A DNA stretch of 64,000 nt from Euprymna scolopes (Eukaryota). The stretch lies in NCBI GenBank assembly GCA_053919585.1, contig CM132815.1. One strand, written 5' to 3'. Of the stretch, positions 13,420-25,449 are shown piece after piece (position 1 is the stretch's first letter; each line of letters opens with the position of its first letter). Made by a program: the position numbers and the translations under genes. Under the pieces are notes generated by a model. It searched no databases, was not told the DNA's origin, and worked only from the letters and a program-made list of their open reading frames with translations.

Positions 13420-13701
13420 TATCGGTGAACAAAGCTTCTTTCTTAGAACTGCACGCCTGTGGAATTGTCTTCCGTTTTCCTGCTTTCCGGCTGACTACAA
13501 TATGGTTGTGTTCAAGTCTAAGGTAAATAAGTTCTTGATGAGCCGTTCCATATAAGTTATTAAATTTACCAAATTTTCATTACTAATGATTACTATATTG
13601 ACCAACTTCTACTGTACACTCTTTAACCCTTATCCTTGAGTGGCCTCTGGGCCTTGATAATGTGGTGATGCCTTTGTAAAAAAAAAAAAAAAAAAAAAAA
13701 A
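13420..13701 (+). mobile_element. CR1/L2-group LINE 3' end with poly(A)
   Basis: Encodes EQSFFLRTARLWNCLP...FPADYNMVVFKSKVNK; family 3' UTR AACCCTTATCC..GAGTGGC..GGCCTTGATAA and A tail, as in 52098-52775. Confidence 0.85.
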
Positions 13702-13756
13702 TCTAACAAGAAACCCAAATGTCATCGTGATTATGCCGCATGATATTATTTAAATA

Positions 13757-14620
13757 CTAGCAGACTGGTGCGAGGTTTTCCGGGATTGAATAAGGATCAG
13801 CAAATGTTCCACACTCCTATATTTTTCCGTCCTCGAGATCGATGAATTAACTAATTTTTCAAACAAATCGATTAATTTCCTGCTCTAATTGATGATCGAT
13901 CGCGAAGCACCTAGAGGAAGCTTCACATGCCTCTAGAAGAGACTAAGTTCCAATACATTTTAGTCTACAGTGCACTGTAGAGAACCTTCTCTTGATTTTA
14001 TAAAATTTCTATATACAATAGCTTGCATTAAAGTTTAAAATGCAAACGTCAAGTATAATGCTTCAAGTGTGCTCTAAACAGAAACATTCATTTTGAACGT
14101 ACCCTTGTCTTATAAAAGGACCTGCTGTAGATATATCTGGCATTACTGTTTATGGCGTGTTAATGGCTTGAATTTAAGTTTTGAATGTAAAGTCGAATAT
14201 CATTGTGAAATTGTACTTTAAACAGAAACCTTAATTTCGAACGCACCATTTCATATCAAAGAACCTACTGTTGATTTTATATGCTGAGCCTTTCGGCTTG
14301 TGTTGTAATAAAACTTCTCAAACGGACCTGTGATGTAAGGCTGTGTAAAATGTTCTCTTTGGTCAAAATCGCCTGTTCTTTCTTTCATTGCATTATTTTG
14401 GTTGTCGATATCGATACTTATCGGAGACATTCCGATACAAAAGCTATCTAAGAACACTGCAAGTCATATATTATCTTCGTGTGAAATTTCATAAAAATTG
14501 AACCAGCCGTTTTCGAATCCATAGGGAACAAACTCACAGACACGCAGATCCACAGACACGCAGATCCACAGACACGCAGATCCACAGACATACAGAGTTC
14601 CTTTTTATATAATAGTAGAG
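13757..14620 (-). mobile_element. Non-autonomous Helitron-like element (family D)
   Basis: CTAG terminus at 13757-13760; body similar to 3460-4193 and 44575-45145. Confidence 0.55.
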
Positions 14621-14669
14621 ATAAAGATGTAGAAACAAGCAATCATATTATGTACAGTTAGTCGTGGTA

Positions 14670-15110
14670 TTTTTTTAACATAGGAATCACCACTTATCAA
14701 GGCCCAGGGGCCACTTGAGGATAAGGGTTAAAGAGTGTGCAATATCAAAATCATAGAAATCGTTACTAGTGGAAATGAGTCAACATAAGTGGAACGGCTC
14801 ATCAATAACTTTTTTATATTGGACTTGAAGACGACCACATTGTAATCAGACGTACAGTTCGTAGAAAAAAAAAACTTAATGGAATCTACATTTAGGTTTA
14901 GGCACAGATAAAGAGTAGAGGACATAATTGATAGTGGTTTCAGCTAGACGGGTGTTTCTCATGAAATTTTGGCGAGGGGGCACCATAGATTGGAGCTCAG
15001 ACGAGCATTGCCGTGAAAATAACGATAAAGCAGAGGCAGGCTTGCAACGTCTCTTCTGTGAGAAATCGGCTGCAGGGAAGAGAAGATGGCATTCTTGCGA
15101 GGATAAAACA
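14670..15110 (-). mobile_element. CR1/L2-group LINE 3' fragment
   Basis: Similar to 52130-52560, with the same 3' UTR and an internal deletion. Confidence 0.8.
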
Positions 15111-15479
15111 TCGACATTGTCGTTTAGCTTAATTATTATTGATATATTTGTATACTATATATATGTGTGTGCGTGTGTGTGCGTGTGTGTGCGTGCGTGC
15201 GTGTGGAACAGTATGGGTAACAAAACTCCGTAGATTGTATCATTGTTTTTTATGCTCTGTAGTGCTAGTCTCACATATGACCGTAACATTGTGGCTGGTG
15301 GCTTATCAGTTTGATACATCACTGGAACCGTTTCTTTTGGTCCAAATTCGCACCATTATAGCTTTGCCTGTTCCAGACTCAATGTTTGTGCAACCACCTC
15401 TGAAAGCAAAGATGAGATACCCAAACAAAACTTTTTCTATAAATTCGATTGACTACTACTTCTACTACTACTATCTGTA

Positions 15480-16030
15480 TTTCCTTACACTTGGTCTCCC
15501 AGGGATTGTTTCTAAGTATTTCTGAAGGGTTTTTTTTATTAGGCCAATTTCTCCCGTCACAACCGGTATAATGTTTATTTCTTTCAGAGACCATGTCGTT
15601 TTGAGATCATTTTTTAGGTCCTGATATTTTGTTATCTTTTTCCGTTCAGTTCTATTAAAGCCAAAGTCATTTGGGACTGACGTCGATAATGAATGCAGTT
15701 CTATTCGGACTTATTTTATATTACTATATCTGGCTTGATAGCCTTGTCTTTTATGTATCTGCCCGCTTGTATGTCTGTTGTAGGAAACGGAAACTTTCCC
15801 CTTTGATGTTATCGGTGTTGGTTCATGTTCCCAGATGTTCGACGACCTGTCTAGTTTCATCTTTCCACAGCTGTTCCAATGTAAGTATCTACATACTTTG
15901 TTGTGGCGGGTAGTGTAATGACCATCCGCTAAAAAGATCTTACATCCAGACATTAGGTAGCTTGGGCTTTCAACAGAATCTGCATTGGTCGCTTTTTTGT
16001 AGACAAGCCATTTTCTTAAATCCATTTGTG
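15480..16030 (-). mobile_element. R4/Dong-like non-LTR retrotransposon fragment (zinc knuckle plus restriction-like endonuclease)
   Basis: CRFC...YLMSGC...YTTRHNKVCRYLHW...WEHEP, then KPDIVI...IIDVS..KITKYQDL (PD-(D/E)xK), with frameshifts. Confidence 0.8.
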
Positions 16031-16200
16031 AGTAAGTCTTGGACGAGCACTTGCCATGAAAATAATGATAAAGACGAAACAGGATCGCAACGTCTCTTCT
16101 GTGAGAAAGAGGTTGCAGGGAAGAGAAAAAAGCATCCGTGCGGGGGATCAAACATCGACGTTGTCGTTAAGTTTAAGTGTTATAGATATATTTGTACACA

Positions 16201-16258
<58 letters not shown>

Positions 16259-16773
16259 AACAGTAGAAGTACAGAAACTCTGTAGATTGTATCGTTGTTG
16301 TTGATGCTCTGTAGTGCTAGCCTCAAATGTGACAGTAGCTTGGTGGGTTGTGGCTAAGTAGTTTGATCAATCTCTGGAACCGTCCTCCGATCTTTTGGTC
16401 CAAATTCGCACCACTGTAGATTGGTCTGTTTCAGATTTAACGTTTGTGCAGNNNNNNNNNNNNNNNNNNNNNNNNNNNNNNNNNNNNNNNNNNNNNNNNN
16501 NNNNNNNNNNNNNNNNNNNNNNNNNNNNNNNNNNNNNNNNNNNNNNNNNNNNNNNNNNNNNNNNNNNNNNNNNNNNNNNNNNNNNNNNNNNNNNNNNNNN
16601 NNNNNNNNNNNNNNNNNNNNNNNNNNNNNNNNNNNNNNNNNNNNNNNNNNNNNNNNNNNNNNNNNNNNNNNNNNNNNNNNNNNNNNNNNNNNNNNNNNNN
16701 NNNNNNNNNNNNNNNNNNNNNNNNNNNNNNNNNNNNATTTCTTTCGCTCTCTTTCTCTCTCTCTCTAAACATA

Positions 16774-16815
<42 letters not shown>

Positions 16816-17014
16816 TGTGTGTATCTTTTAAATTACATGCATTAAATTGATGTTTTTTTTACCGATTGTACATAACTCTAGTTTTCTTTTTCGTGTTCAA
16901 TTTTTTTTTTTTGTCATTCCAAAGATTTAACTTGCTAGCAGTTTTTTTTGTTTGATATCTCTTCGGATCTGAAGAGTTGTTTAGTAATTTTTAGCTATTC
17001 AACGTAAGTCGTAA

Positions 17015-17079
<65 letters not shown>

Positions 17080-17080
<1 letters not shown>

Positions 17081-17944
17081 TATATAAAGTGAATGTGTCT
17101 GTGTGTGTCTGTGTACATTTCCCTAAGCAATAACTCTGTCAATTTTTAGTCTACAGACTCGGAATTTGATATACAGGGTACTGAGATTTGGGAAAATCGA
17201 TATGATCGGCTTTTGCCAGGAATTTGGCGATTACGGGGTCAAAGTTCAACGAGAACTCTACCAAACTCCTCCGACAATGTTGGGTCTACGCACTTGAAAT
17301 TTTAGATATAGGTTCCTTGGACATGGATCTAACTTAATGACTTGATTTGAGCCGAAAACAATAACTTTTAAAGGATCATAATAGGAGTCAAAGTTTTTTA
17401 AAAAATGACCTCAGCGGTCTCTTCCAAATTACTCAGACAATTTCTGGTCTAAATATATGAAATTTTACGTAAAGGGTATTCAGAGATAGGGCAAGATTTT
17501 TCATCAGTTTGGGTTGAAAATTTTTAGTTACCAATATATAAATGTATGTATGTATGTATGTATGTATGTTTGCATGTCGGCCTTAAACTTTTAATAGAGG
17601 CGACGGATTTTAGCAAAATCAGTATCGTTTTCAAGTTCGACCTTTCAGACGACAAATATCGAAAAATTGGCCAAATACATTAATATCTTCCCCTTCAACT
17701 AGGCACTTTTCTACAGGGGGGGTCGCTTTTTTCGCCGATATTTTTGAAAGTTATCCTCTCCTTTAGATTGTCTAGTCTTCATTTTTAAAAAATGTCGCTT
17801 CCGGTTTGGCGTTGATCGTAACTGCATAAACGTAAGGTTTTACCCCGTTCTTTTCCTCTTTGCGGTACGGGTTCGAGCCTGCCTTGCTACTGCCACTTTC
17901 TTTTTTGCTCAACATACACATCTAAACACCCGGGCAAATGCTAG
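17080..17944 (+). mobile_element. Non-autonomous Helitron (family C long form containing the family B body)
   Basis: Same 5' portion as 11353; internal (TATG)n followed by family B sequence; ends CTAG|T. Confidence 0.75.
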
Positions 17945-18059
17945 TATAATAAAAATGTAGGCGTCTACCTAAAAATAAGTAGAACAACATAAAAAAATAA
18001 TATAAATATATTAGTGTGAATTGATTCTATCTATTGGCCTAGAGAATAATAACTAATTA

Positions 18060-18101
<42 letters not shown>

Positions 18102-18554
18102 CTTTTTTGTTTTATTTTACTTCAGTCGAAGTTTTCAGAAATCAGGGGGCCCACGACCCGGGGCTAACAATTGAACTCTATATGAGATACATAGATATTC
18201 GAATGTTCCATTAAAGTTCTTTATCTCTCAAACACTGAGTTAGTAAAGAAAATGAGAACATAAGTTTCCTCTCCCCAATTAACTATTTTTATATGTTGTA
18301 GTATACCTTTCATGTTGGTCTCATGGTTTTACTGGATTCCAGAACAAGAATTTATCTAGTCTGTTGGAGTACCCAGCTTCGTGCTATTACTTGAGGTAAT
18401 ATCACTTGGAGAAGGTGCACCATTCCTCGCCAAAGCTGTTATACCTACTAGGTACTATCCTCGAGTGTCTAAGGTCTCTCTGTACAGGGATTTGTCAGAA
18501 CAATCTGGCATGAGGATACTTTTTCCATAGAAGTAAACCCTTCTCACATATCAC

Positions 18555-18594
<40 letters not shown>

Positions 18595-18599
<5 letters not shown>

Positions 18600-19002
18600 A
18601 TTTATAAAATATATATGGCGATTAAGCTACACTGAATATTCTGCGTTTCATCCAGCTATAGGATTCGTCAGGCTTATGCGCGAATTCTGTCGTTGCTTCT
18701 TGTTTTTATACATGTTGAGGATTTCTAGTTAGCCAATCAGCTTTCTAGTATCCACCGTGCCCCTTCGTATCAGCCAATGGGCATGCATTTTATCAAACAA
18801 AGGATCTGTTTTAGAACTAGGTTAGTGGTTTAAGGTAGACGTTCTCCTTTTTTTTATTCAGTGACGCTTAATCGCCATATATATTTTATAAATTACTAAC
18901 TAGCTCTACCTACGTATTGAGCACTTTTGAAGTAAATACTTAAAGTTTACGCATAAATCTATACTTTCGTATATTAAATTTATGTGAATAAATGAAGTAG
19001 TT
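18595..19002 (-). mobile_element. Penelope-type pseudo-LTR remnant with inverted tail
   Basis: About 33-bp inverted repeat (18595-18627 / 18866-18898) enclosing an HHR. The tail is near-identical to 60375-60570 (reversed); an older relative lies at 28500-28760. Confidence 0.65.
18623..18676 (-). ncRNA. Type I hammerhead ribozyme
   Basis: Minus strand reads TAAGC CTGACGA ATCC-TATAGCT-GGAT GAAAC GC-AGAATATTCA-GT GTA GCTTA: all three stems pair, core intact, GUA triplet. Confidence 0.88.
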
Positions 19003-19896
19003 ATATATATGTGTGTGTGTGTATGTGTGTGTGTACGTATGTGTGTGTATTACTACATTTTACTTTTATTAATAATATTATTATTGTTATTATGAGTATT
19101 AATTGATTTATAATACTGCTATCATTATTTACTTTATTTTTTGCCAGAATATTCTTTTGGATTTTTCTGTTTTTATCCTAACTTCCATCCGTATTTTTCT
19201 GCTCTAATAATATATATTTCACCAGAATAAAACCCGCCTGAATATCGCATTACCATATAACACCATCTTAACACCAGTCACTTACTCTTTTCACCTCTCA
19301 TCCACAAATTCTATTTTTTTTTTTACCTTATTTTTACTTTTAATCTCGATTTTTTCTTTTTATTCTATATTTTACTTGTATACATCGGCACATTTCTTTT
19401 TCATTGGACACTAATCAATTAATTCGTTAGTTAATGAAATCCCTTAACATATAGTAATTACTCCCTAGAGCGTACTTCATCATCTATTGCCCGATCCTAT
19501 TAAGACCCTATCTCTAACATATTCAAAGTACCATCATTGTCTAATAATCGAATAAACACCCTCTCTCTCTCTCTCATCTCATATATTCAACCTATACAAA
19601 AACTACTTTTATGCTTATTGCTCAACGGCTCAACCTTTGTCTAATTACCTAGCATTTCCCTTCCTCTGAAAATTATCTGGCATACAGAGGTTTCATAACC
19701 CTCACACTGTATTGTATTCTTTTGTTTTCAAATTGATCAATAAATGTATATATTTTTCTAATATCAATATAATGTACTCTTGTATCTCAGCTCCACTTGA
19801 ATGTCGAAGTTTTTATTACATCGAAAAGCCTCCATTTAAAGAATCCTTATATAATTTTTTGCCTGATTCCAATATAATGGCGTTAATCGTGACACG

Positions 19897-19940
19897 CTGC
19901 ACTGATGATTACCGAAATGATGAAACACTAATGTCTGTAG
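19897..19940 (+). ncRNA. Minimal type I hammerhead ribozyme (copy 1 of tandem pair)
   Basis: CTGCA CTGATGA ... GAAAC ACTAAT GTC TGTAG; GUC triplet; stem II partly mismatched. Confidence 0.7.
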
Positions 19941-20232
19941 GTATTCATTTTTTATATTAAATAAATTCCAGCCCCTTTAAGACACTTGTTTCTTATCGTT
20001 GAGCAGTTTCAGTTTTAATAAAGTCGGTCAACTTAGCTGATATGCGCAGATCGTCATATAATGACTAGATCACTCTGACTGCTGCTAAAAGCATTTAAAA
20101 GAATAATTGTTTAATTTAAACTGTATCTATCGCGGTTTTCGGAAGCCGAATTGTTCGGGTCCTTGCTAATGAAGTCAGAAATGACTTATGTTGCCAGGGT
20201 TCGAATATCTCGACTGGCATTAATCGTAACAC

Positions 20233-20278
20233 CCTGCACTGATGATTCCTGAAAGGATGAAACACTAGTGTTTGCAGG
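20233..20278 (+). ncRNA. Minimal type I hammerhead ribozyme (copy 2 of tandem pair)
   Basis: CCTGCA CTGATGA TTCC-TGAAA-GGAT GAAAC ACTAGT GTT TGCAGG; palindromic stem III CACTAGTG; GUU triplet. Confidence 0.78.
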
Positions 20279-20293
20279 TGTTTAATTATTATA

Positions 20294-20327
<34 letters not shown>

Positions 20328-20536
20328 TATTTCATGTATCCACGTATAATTTCATGATATAGATATATTTTATATATCTATTTCCAATATTTCTTACAAC
20401 AATATTCAATGCCCAAGTAGAGCTGGTTAGTAATTAATGAAACAAGATAGTTGTAGGTTCAATCTCTGGCTAGTGATGGGCGCTGGTTTAGCCACACCGA
20501 TGAGCTGTGACACAGAAAAACAGTACCGTATATTGA

Positions 20537-20569
<33 letters not shown>

Positions 20570-20571
<2 letters not shown>

Positions 20572-21300
20572 TCCCATAAATTCGTTTTTCTTTTGTGTGT
20601 ATTTATATCATATCAAAAACCCTCTTTTCTATTTATTTAAAAGAAATAAAATGTTCTTATATATGGGTTATGGAACTGCATTCACTAGCAAAAGATCTAG
20701 CTAATTTGCATATTCTTTTAAACATTCATTTTAATATATTCACTATTAGTTTCTTCTGTTTTTCAATGGGATAATCATGTTTAGTTTAATATTACGTGTA
20801 ATTATATCCATGCAGATATTCTACATGATTTATACTTGCATAATATTTGCATAAAAAGTTTATAGTAAACACAAAATTGTTTCAATATATATTTATGTAT
20901 GCGTATATATTTTTGTTTAAAAAATTTTGCCTACCAAACTCCTCTTAGAGTTTTTGGTCTACAGACATGAAACTTCATATATAAGGTATTTGAATCCATG
21001 CGAAATTTTATATTTGGGTTTTAGCCCGGAGAACTTGGTGCAAAAGTGTGAAAATCAAAAAAAAAAATTAAATTTGCCAGGTGAAGGTCGAACGCCGCCA
21101 TAACAAACGCATAACTTAGTAGCTTATGGTTCATGTTTTAATTTTTAGCATGACAGTAAATATCTCTTCAGAGCTCAGTCATTGGCGGCAGAGGCAAAAA
21201 TAGGTCGTAAGCTAAATATTTTGGTTTCGATTCTCGGTGGTGGTGCACGAGTCTTGACTCTTTTTTTAACTTTTTAAATCATTACTATACATTGCGTCCA
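20570..21300 (+). mobile_element. Interspersed repeat family A (uninterrupted copy)
   Basis: Matches 4255-4550 plus 5472-5745, 21750-21880 and reverse 59040-59720. Confidence 0.65.
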
Positions 21301-21309
21301 ATATAAACT

Positions 21310-21746
21310 ATAGTATAAATCTCACCTGTTTGTTTAAATGTATGTATGTGTGTATCTTTGTCTGCCTAAAACTTTCGACCGACGACGGATTTTCATGAGA
21401 TCAGTATCGTTGTGAAGCTGACCCTTCGGATGACAAATACGGAAAAATTGGCTAAAAACATTAATCAGTTCACCCTCAACTGGGCGCTTTTTCGCCGATG
21501 TTTTCGAAAGCCACCCTCTCTTTTCGATTGACTAGCCTTAATTTAAACCTCCATAACTTTCGGTTTGGAGATGGGCGAAACAGCGAAAACGTCATGTTTT
21601 TTTTTTTTTTTGCATGTTCTTTTCCCCCTTAGAGGTAAGGGTTCGAGTCTGCCTGCCTTCAACCACTTCCCTTCCTTTTTTTTTTTTTTTTTTTTTGCTC
21701 AACACACACATCCAAACACGCGGGCAAGGCCGGGCATCCAGGTTAG
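21310..21746 (+). mobile_element. Non-autonomous Helitron (family B)
   Basis: Start TATAGTATAAATCTCACCTG..(TATG)n; 3' CGGGCAAGGCCGGG hairpin and a degenerate CTAG. Confidence 0.7.
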
Positions 21747-21917
21747 TCTAGTTAACTATTACGTGTAATTATATTCATGCAGATATTCTACATGATTTAT
21801 ACTTGTATAATATTTGCGTAAAAAGTTCATGGTAAACAAAATTGTTTCCATATATATTTATGTATACGTATATATTTTTGTTTAATCTATCTATATATCT
21901 ATCTATCTATCTATATG

Positions 21918-23617
21918 TCTATAAAAGTGAACGTGTCTGTGTGTTTGTCTATCTGTGTGTCTGTGTACATTTCCCTACGCAATAACTCTGTCAATTTTTA
22001 GTCTACAGACTCAAAATTTTATATACAGGGTACTGAGATTTGGGAAAATCGATGTAATCGGGTTTCGGCTGTTAAGGGGTCAAAGTTCAACGATTTCACG
22101 TTTGCGAACTCTACCAAACTCCTCCTGCAATTTTGGGTCTAAACATTTGAAATTTTAGATATAGATTCCTTGGACAGGGATCTAACTTAATAACTTGATT
22201 TGAGCTCAAAAGAATAAATTTAAAGAGATCATAATAGGTGTCAATTTTTTTTAATTTGACCTTTGCGGTCTCTACCAAATTACTCAGACAATTTCTGGTC
22301 TAAACATTTGAAATTTTACATAAAGGGTATTCAGAGATAGGGCAAGCTTTTTAATCGATTTGGGTCGAAAATTTTTTGTTACCAATATATAAATGAATAT
22401 ATATGTATGTTTGCATGTCTGCCCAACACTTTCGACAGAGGCGACGGATTTTCTCAAGATCAGTATCGTTTTTAATTTCGAATTTTCAAACGACAAATAT
22501 CGAAAAATTGGCTAAAAACATTAATATCTTCACCTGCAACTGGGAACTTTTCTCCAGGGGGGGGTCGCTTTTTTCGGCGATAATTTTGTAAACTCATCAT
22601 CTCCTTTCGATTGTCTAGCCTTAATTTACACATAAGTCACTTCACGTTTGGCGGTGGTCGTCACAGCAAAGACGTCAGGTTTTTTCCCCCATGTTTTTCC
22701 TCCTTTGCAGTACGGGTCCGAGCCTGCCTTCCTACTACCACTTTTTTAAATTTTTTTGCTCAACATACACACCCAAACACTCGGGCAGCGCCGAGCTGAA
22801 ATGCTAGTATATCTATGAAAGTGAAAGTGTATGTGTGTTTGTGTGTACATTTCCCAACGCGATAACTCAATTTTCAGACTAAACATTCGAAATTTTATAT
22901 AGAGCGTACTGAGATTTGGGGAAATCTTTGTGATCCGTTTTTGGCCAGACATTCGGCTGTTAAGGGGTCAAAGTTAAACGATTTGACCTTTGAGAAGTCT
23001 ACCAAACTCCTACGCCAATTTTGCGTATAAACAATTGAAATTTTAGATATAGGTTCCTTGGACATGGATCTAACATATTAACTTGATTTGAGCCCAAAAC
23101 AATATATGTTAAGGGGGCATAATAAGATTCAATGTTTTAAAAAATTTGACATCTGCGGTTTCTACCAAATTACTCAGACAATTTCTGGTCTAAATATTTG
23201 AAATTTTACACAAAGGGTATTCAGAGATAGGGCAAGCTTTTTAATCGTTTTGGCTCGAAAATTTGAGCTACCAATATATAAATGTATGCATGTATGTTTG
23301 CATATCTGCCTAAAACTTTCAATAGAGGCGACGGATTTTCACAAGATCAATATCGTTTTGAAACCGGACCCTTCAGACGACAAATACCAAAAAGATGGCT
23401 AAAAACATTAATTTCGTCATCCTCAACTGGGCACTTTTCTACAGGGCGGGGTCGCTTTCTTCGCCAATATATTTCGAAAGTCATCACCTCTTTTCGGTTG
23501 TCTAGCCTTAATTTAAACCTACGTTACATCCGGTTTGGCGGTGGTTGTTATAGCAAAGACGTCACGTTTTTTCCCCGTTCTTTTTCTCCTTCCCGGTATG
23601 GGTTCGAGACTGCCTTC
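21918..23617 (+). mobile_element. Head-to-tail tandem of two long family C Helitrons (21918-22807; 22812-23617, second 3'-truncated)
   Basis: Two ~0.85-kb homologous units; the first ends hairpin+CTAG at 22804-22807 and the second restarts with TC at 22812. Confidence 0.8.
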
Positions 23618-23701
<84 letters not shown>

Positions 23702-24244
23702 TTTATATTATAGATTTATCGTACATCTGTTCTTTTTTTTCACCTATATATAAAAAAATGACAGCGCATCTACAACAAAACCGTAACGATCTTGTCAGTG
23801 CGGTTAAGCGATACGTCCATTAGTTTAGCTGGTAGTGGCGCATTGTATATTTGATTTTTCCATGCAACAGAGAGTCGTACACAGTTAATTCTCATTAGAG
23901 TCTACCGAATTCTTCCTGTCTCCCTAATTAGCTCACGGTTATCTCGTTATATCCAATAGTTGTGTAATGGTTTGGAACGCCTCCAACGCATAGATTTACG
24001 CTGCGTCAATTTTCATGTGAAGTGCAGAAATCGCGGGCGACCCTTTATTAACCATTTTCCATGTCCACAAAATCAAATATGCATAATCTCTGCTCTCAAA
24101 CGCAAGAGTAATCTATTACTCTTTCGTCTGAGAGCCGAGATTATGCATTTCGATGTGATTATCGGATTTGCTTTTAAGTATATGCTCCATGTTTGTTTTA
24201 TTATTTACATATTGATGTGTATTAGATGCATCAGTATTCTGATA

Positions 24245-24950
24245 TTTTTTTTTACAAAATGGTCACCACTTGTCAAGGCCTGAAGCCACTCGTGGATTAG
24301 GCTTAATAAGTGTAAAATGATAAGTGAGACGACAGCGTAGTCATCGGTAGTGGAAGTTATCGCGTAGATTATTTAAGAGGGTAGTTCAACAAGAACTTGT
24401 TTACATTGGACTTGAAGACGGCTATGTCGTACTCAGCTGGAAAGCAGGTTCACGGTATAGACCTTAATAGGCGGACAATTCAAGTAAAAAAAGTTTTGTC
24501 CATGAAATGTGCCTTTCGATTTAGGCACAGATAGAGGCTTGGGGAAATTGTTGACAGTGGTTGTAACTAGACGAGTGTTTGTGAAAGTTTTGCAAGAGGA
24601 GTATAGATTGAAGCTCAGTCGAGCTCTTGCCAAGAAAATAACGATAGAGTAGAGATAGACTCGCAACATCCCTTCTGTGAAGAGATAGACTCGTAACATA
24701 TCTTCTGCGAGAAGGATGCTGAGGAGGCAGAAAAGGACATCACATACTAGGCTTTGAAGCCTGTTTTGAACTCACCCTGTCAAGACTCGAAAAGGCGCTC
24801 CGAGTTGCTGTTTTCCAAATGTGGCAACAGTACTCCATTTTAGGACGTATCTGACTCTTATAAAGATAGAGGATTGCGTTGTGATTGAGATACGTTCAGG
24901 AGAGATAGACTGATGAAACCATTTTCCAGGATCTTGGCAACAACTTTAAT
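24245..24950 (-). mobile_element. CR1/L2-group LINE 3' fragment, degraded
   Basis: Contains the YKSQIRPKMEYCCHIW-type segment and the family 3' UTR. Confidence 0.8.
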
Positions 24951-25449
24951 GTAACTCGTCTATTTTCAAATAATTTTAGTCATTATATCCTCTCTTATCT
25001 GACCGCCGTTGGTCGAAAAATCTCGTAGTCTCTTTTGACATAAGAAAAATGGTTTATCCTATTTAAATTTTTGTTTTATCATTCTACTGTCATATTAACG
25101 CTTTTTGTGTTATCCACTACAATAATGCAATTATTACGTTCATGGAAAGTGCGCAATGATCTACACTATCTGTAAGACATCCATAGCAAGAACATTTTTT
25201 AACGCCCCAATAAAAACCTTTCTTACTACCACTGTGTCCCTAGTGTCAGACAAATTTTCACAAACACGCCTACCTTGCAAGGGCGTCTGTGTATGGAACA
25301 CAGTACCAGGGGACTGTTTTCCTACAAATTACAACTATGCTCTTCTTCAACTTAAATGTTAAGAGATTTCTGTTTTGAAGTATGGCTACGGGAATTCGAA
25401 CATGGTTAATCCCATCCATCATTCTCTATCCTGCAGTTATTTTTCTTGT

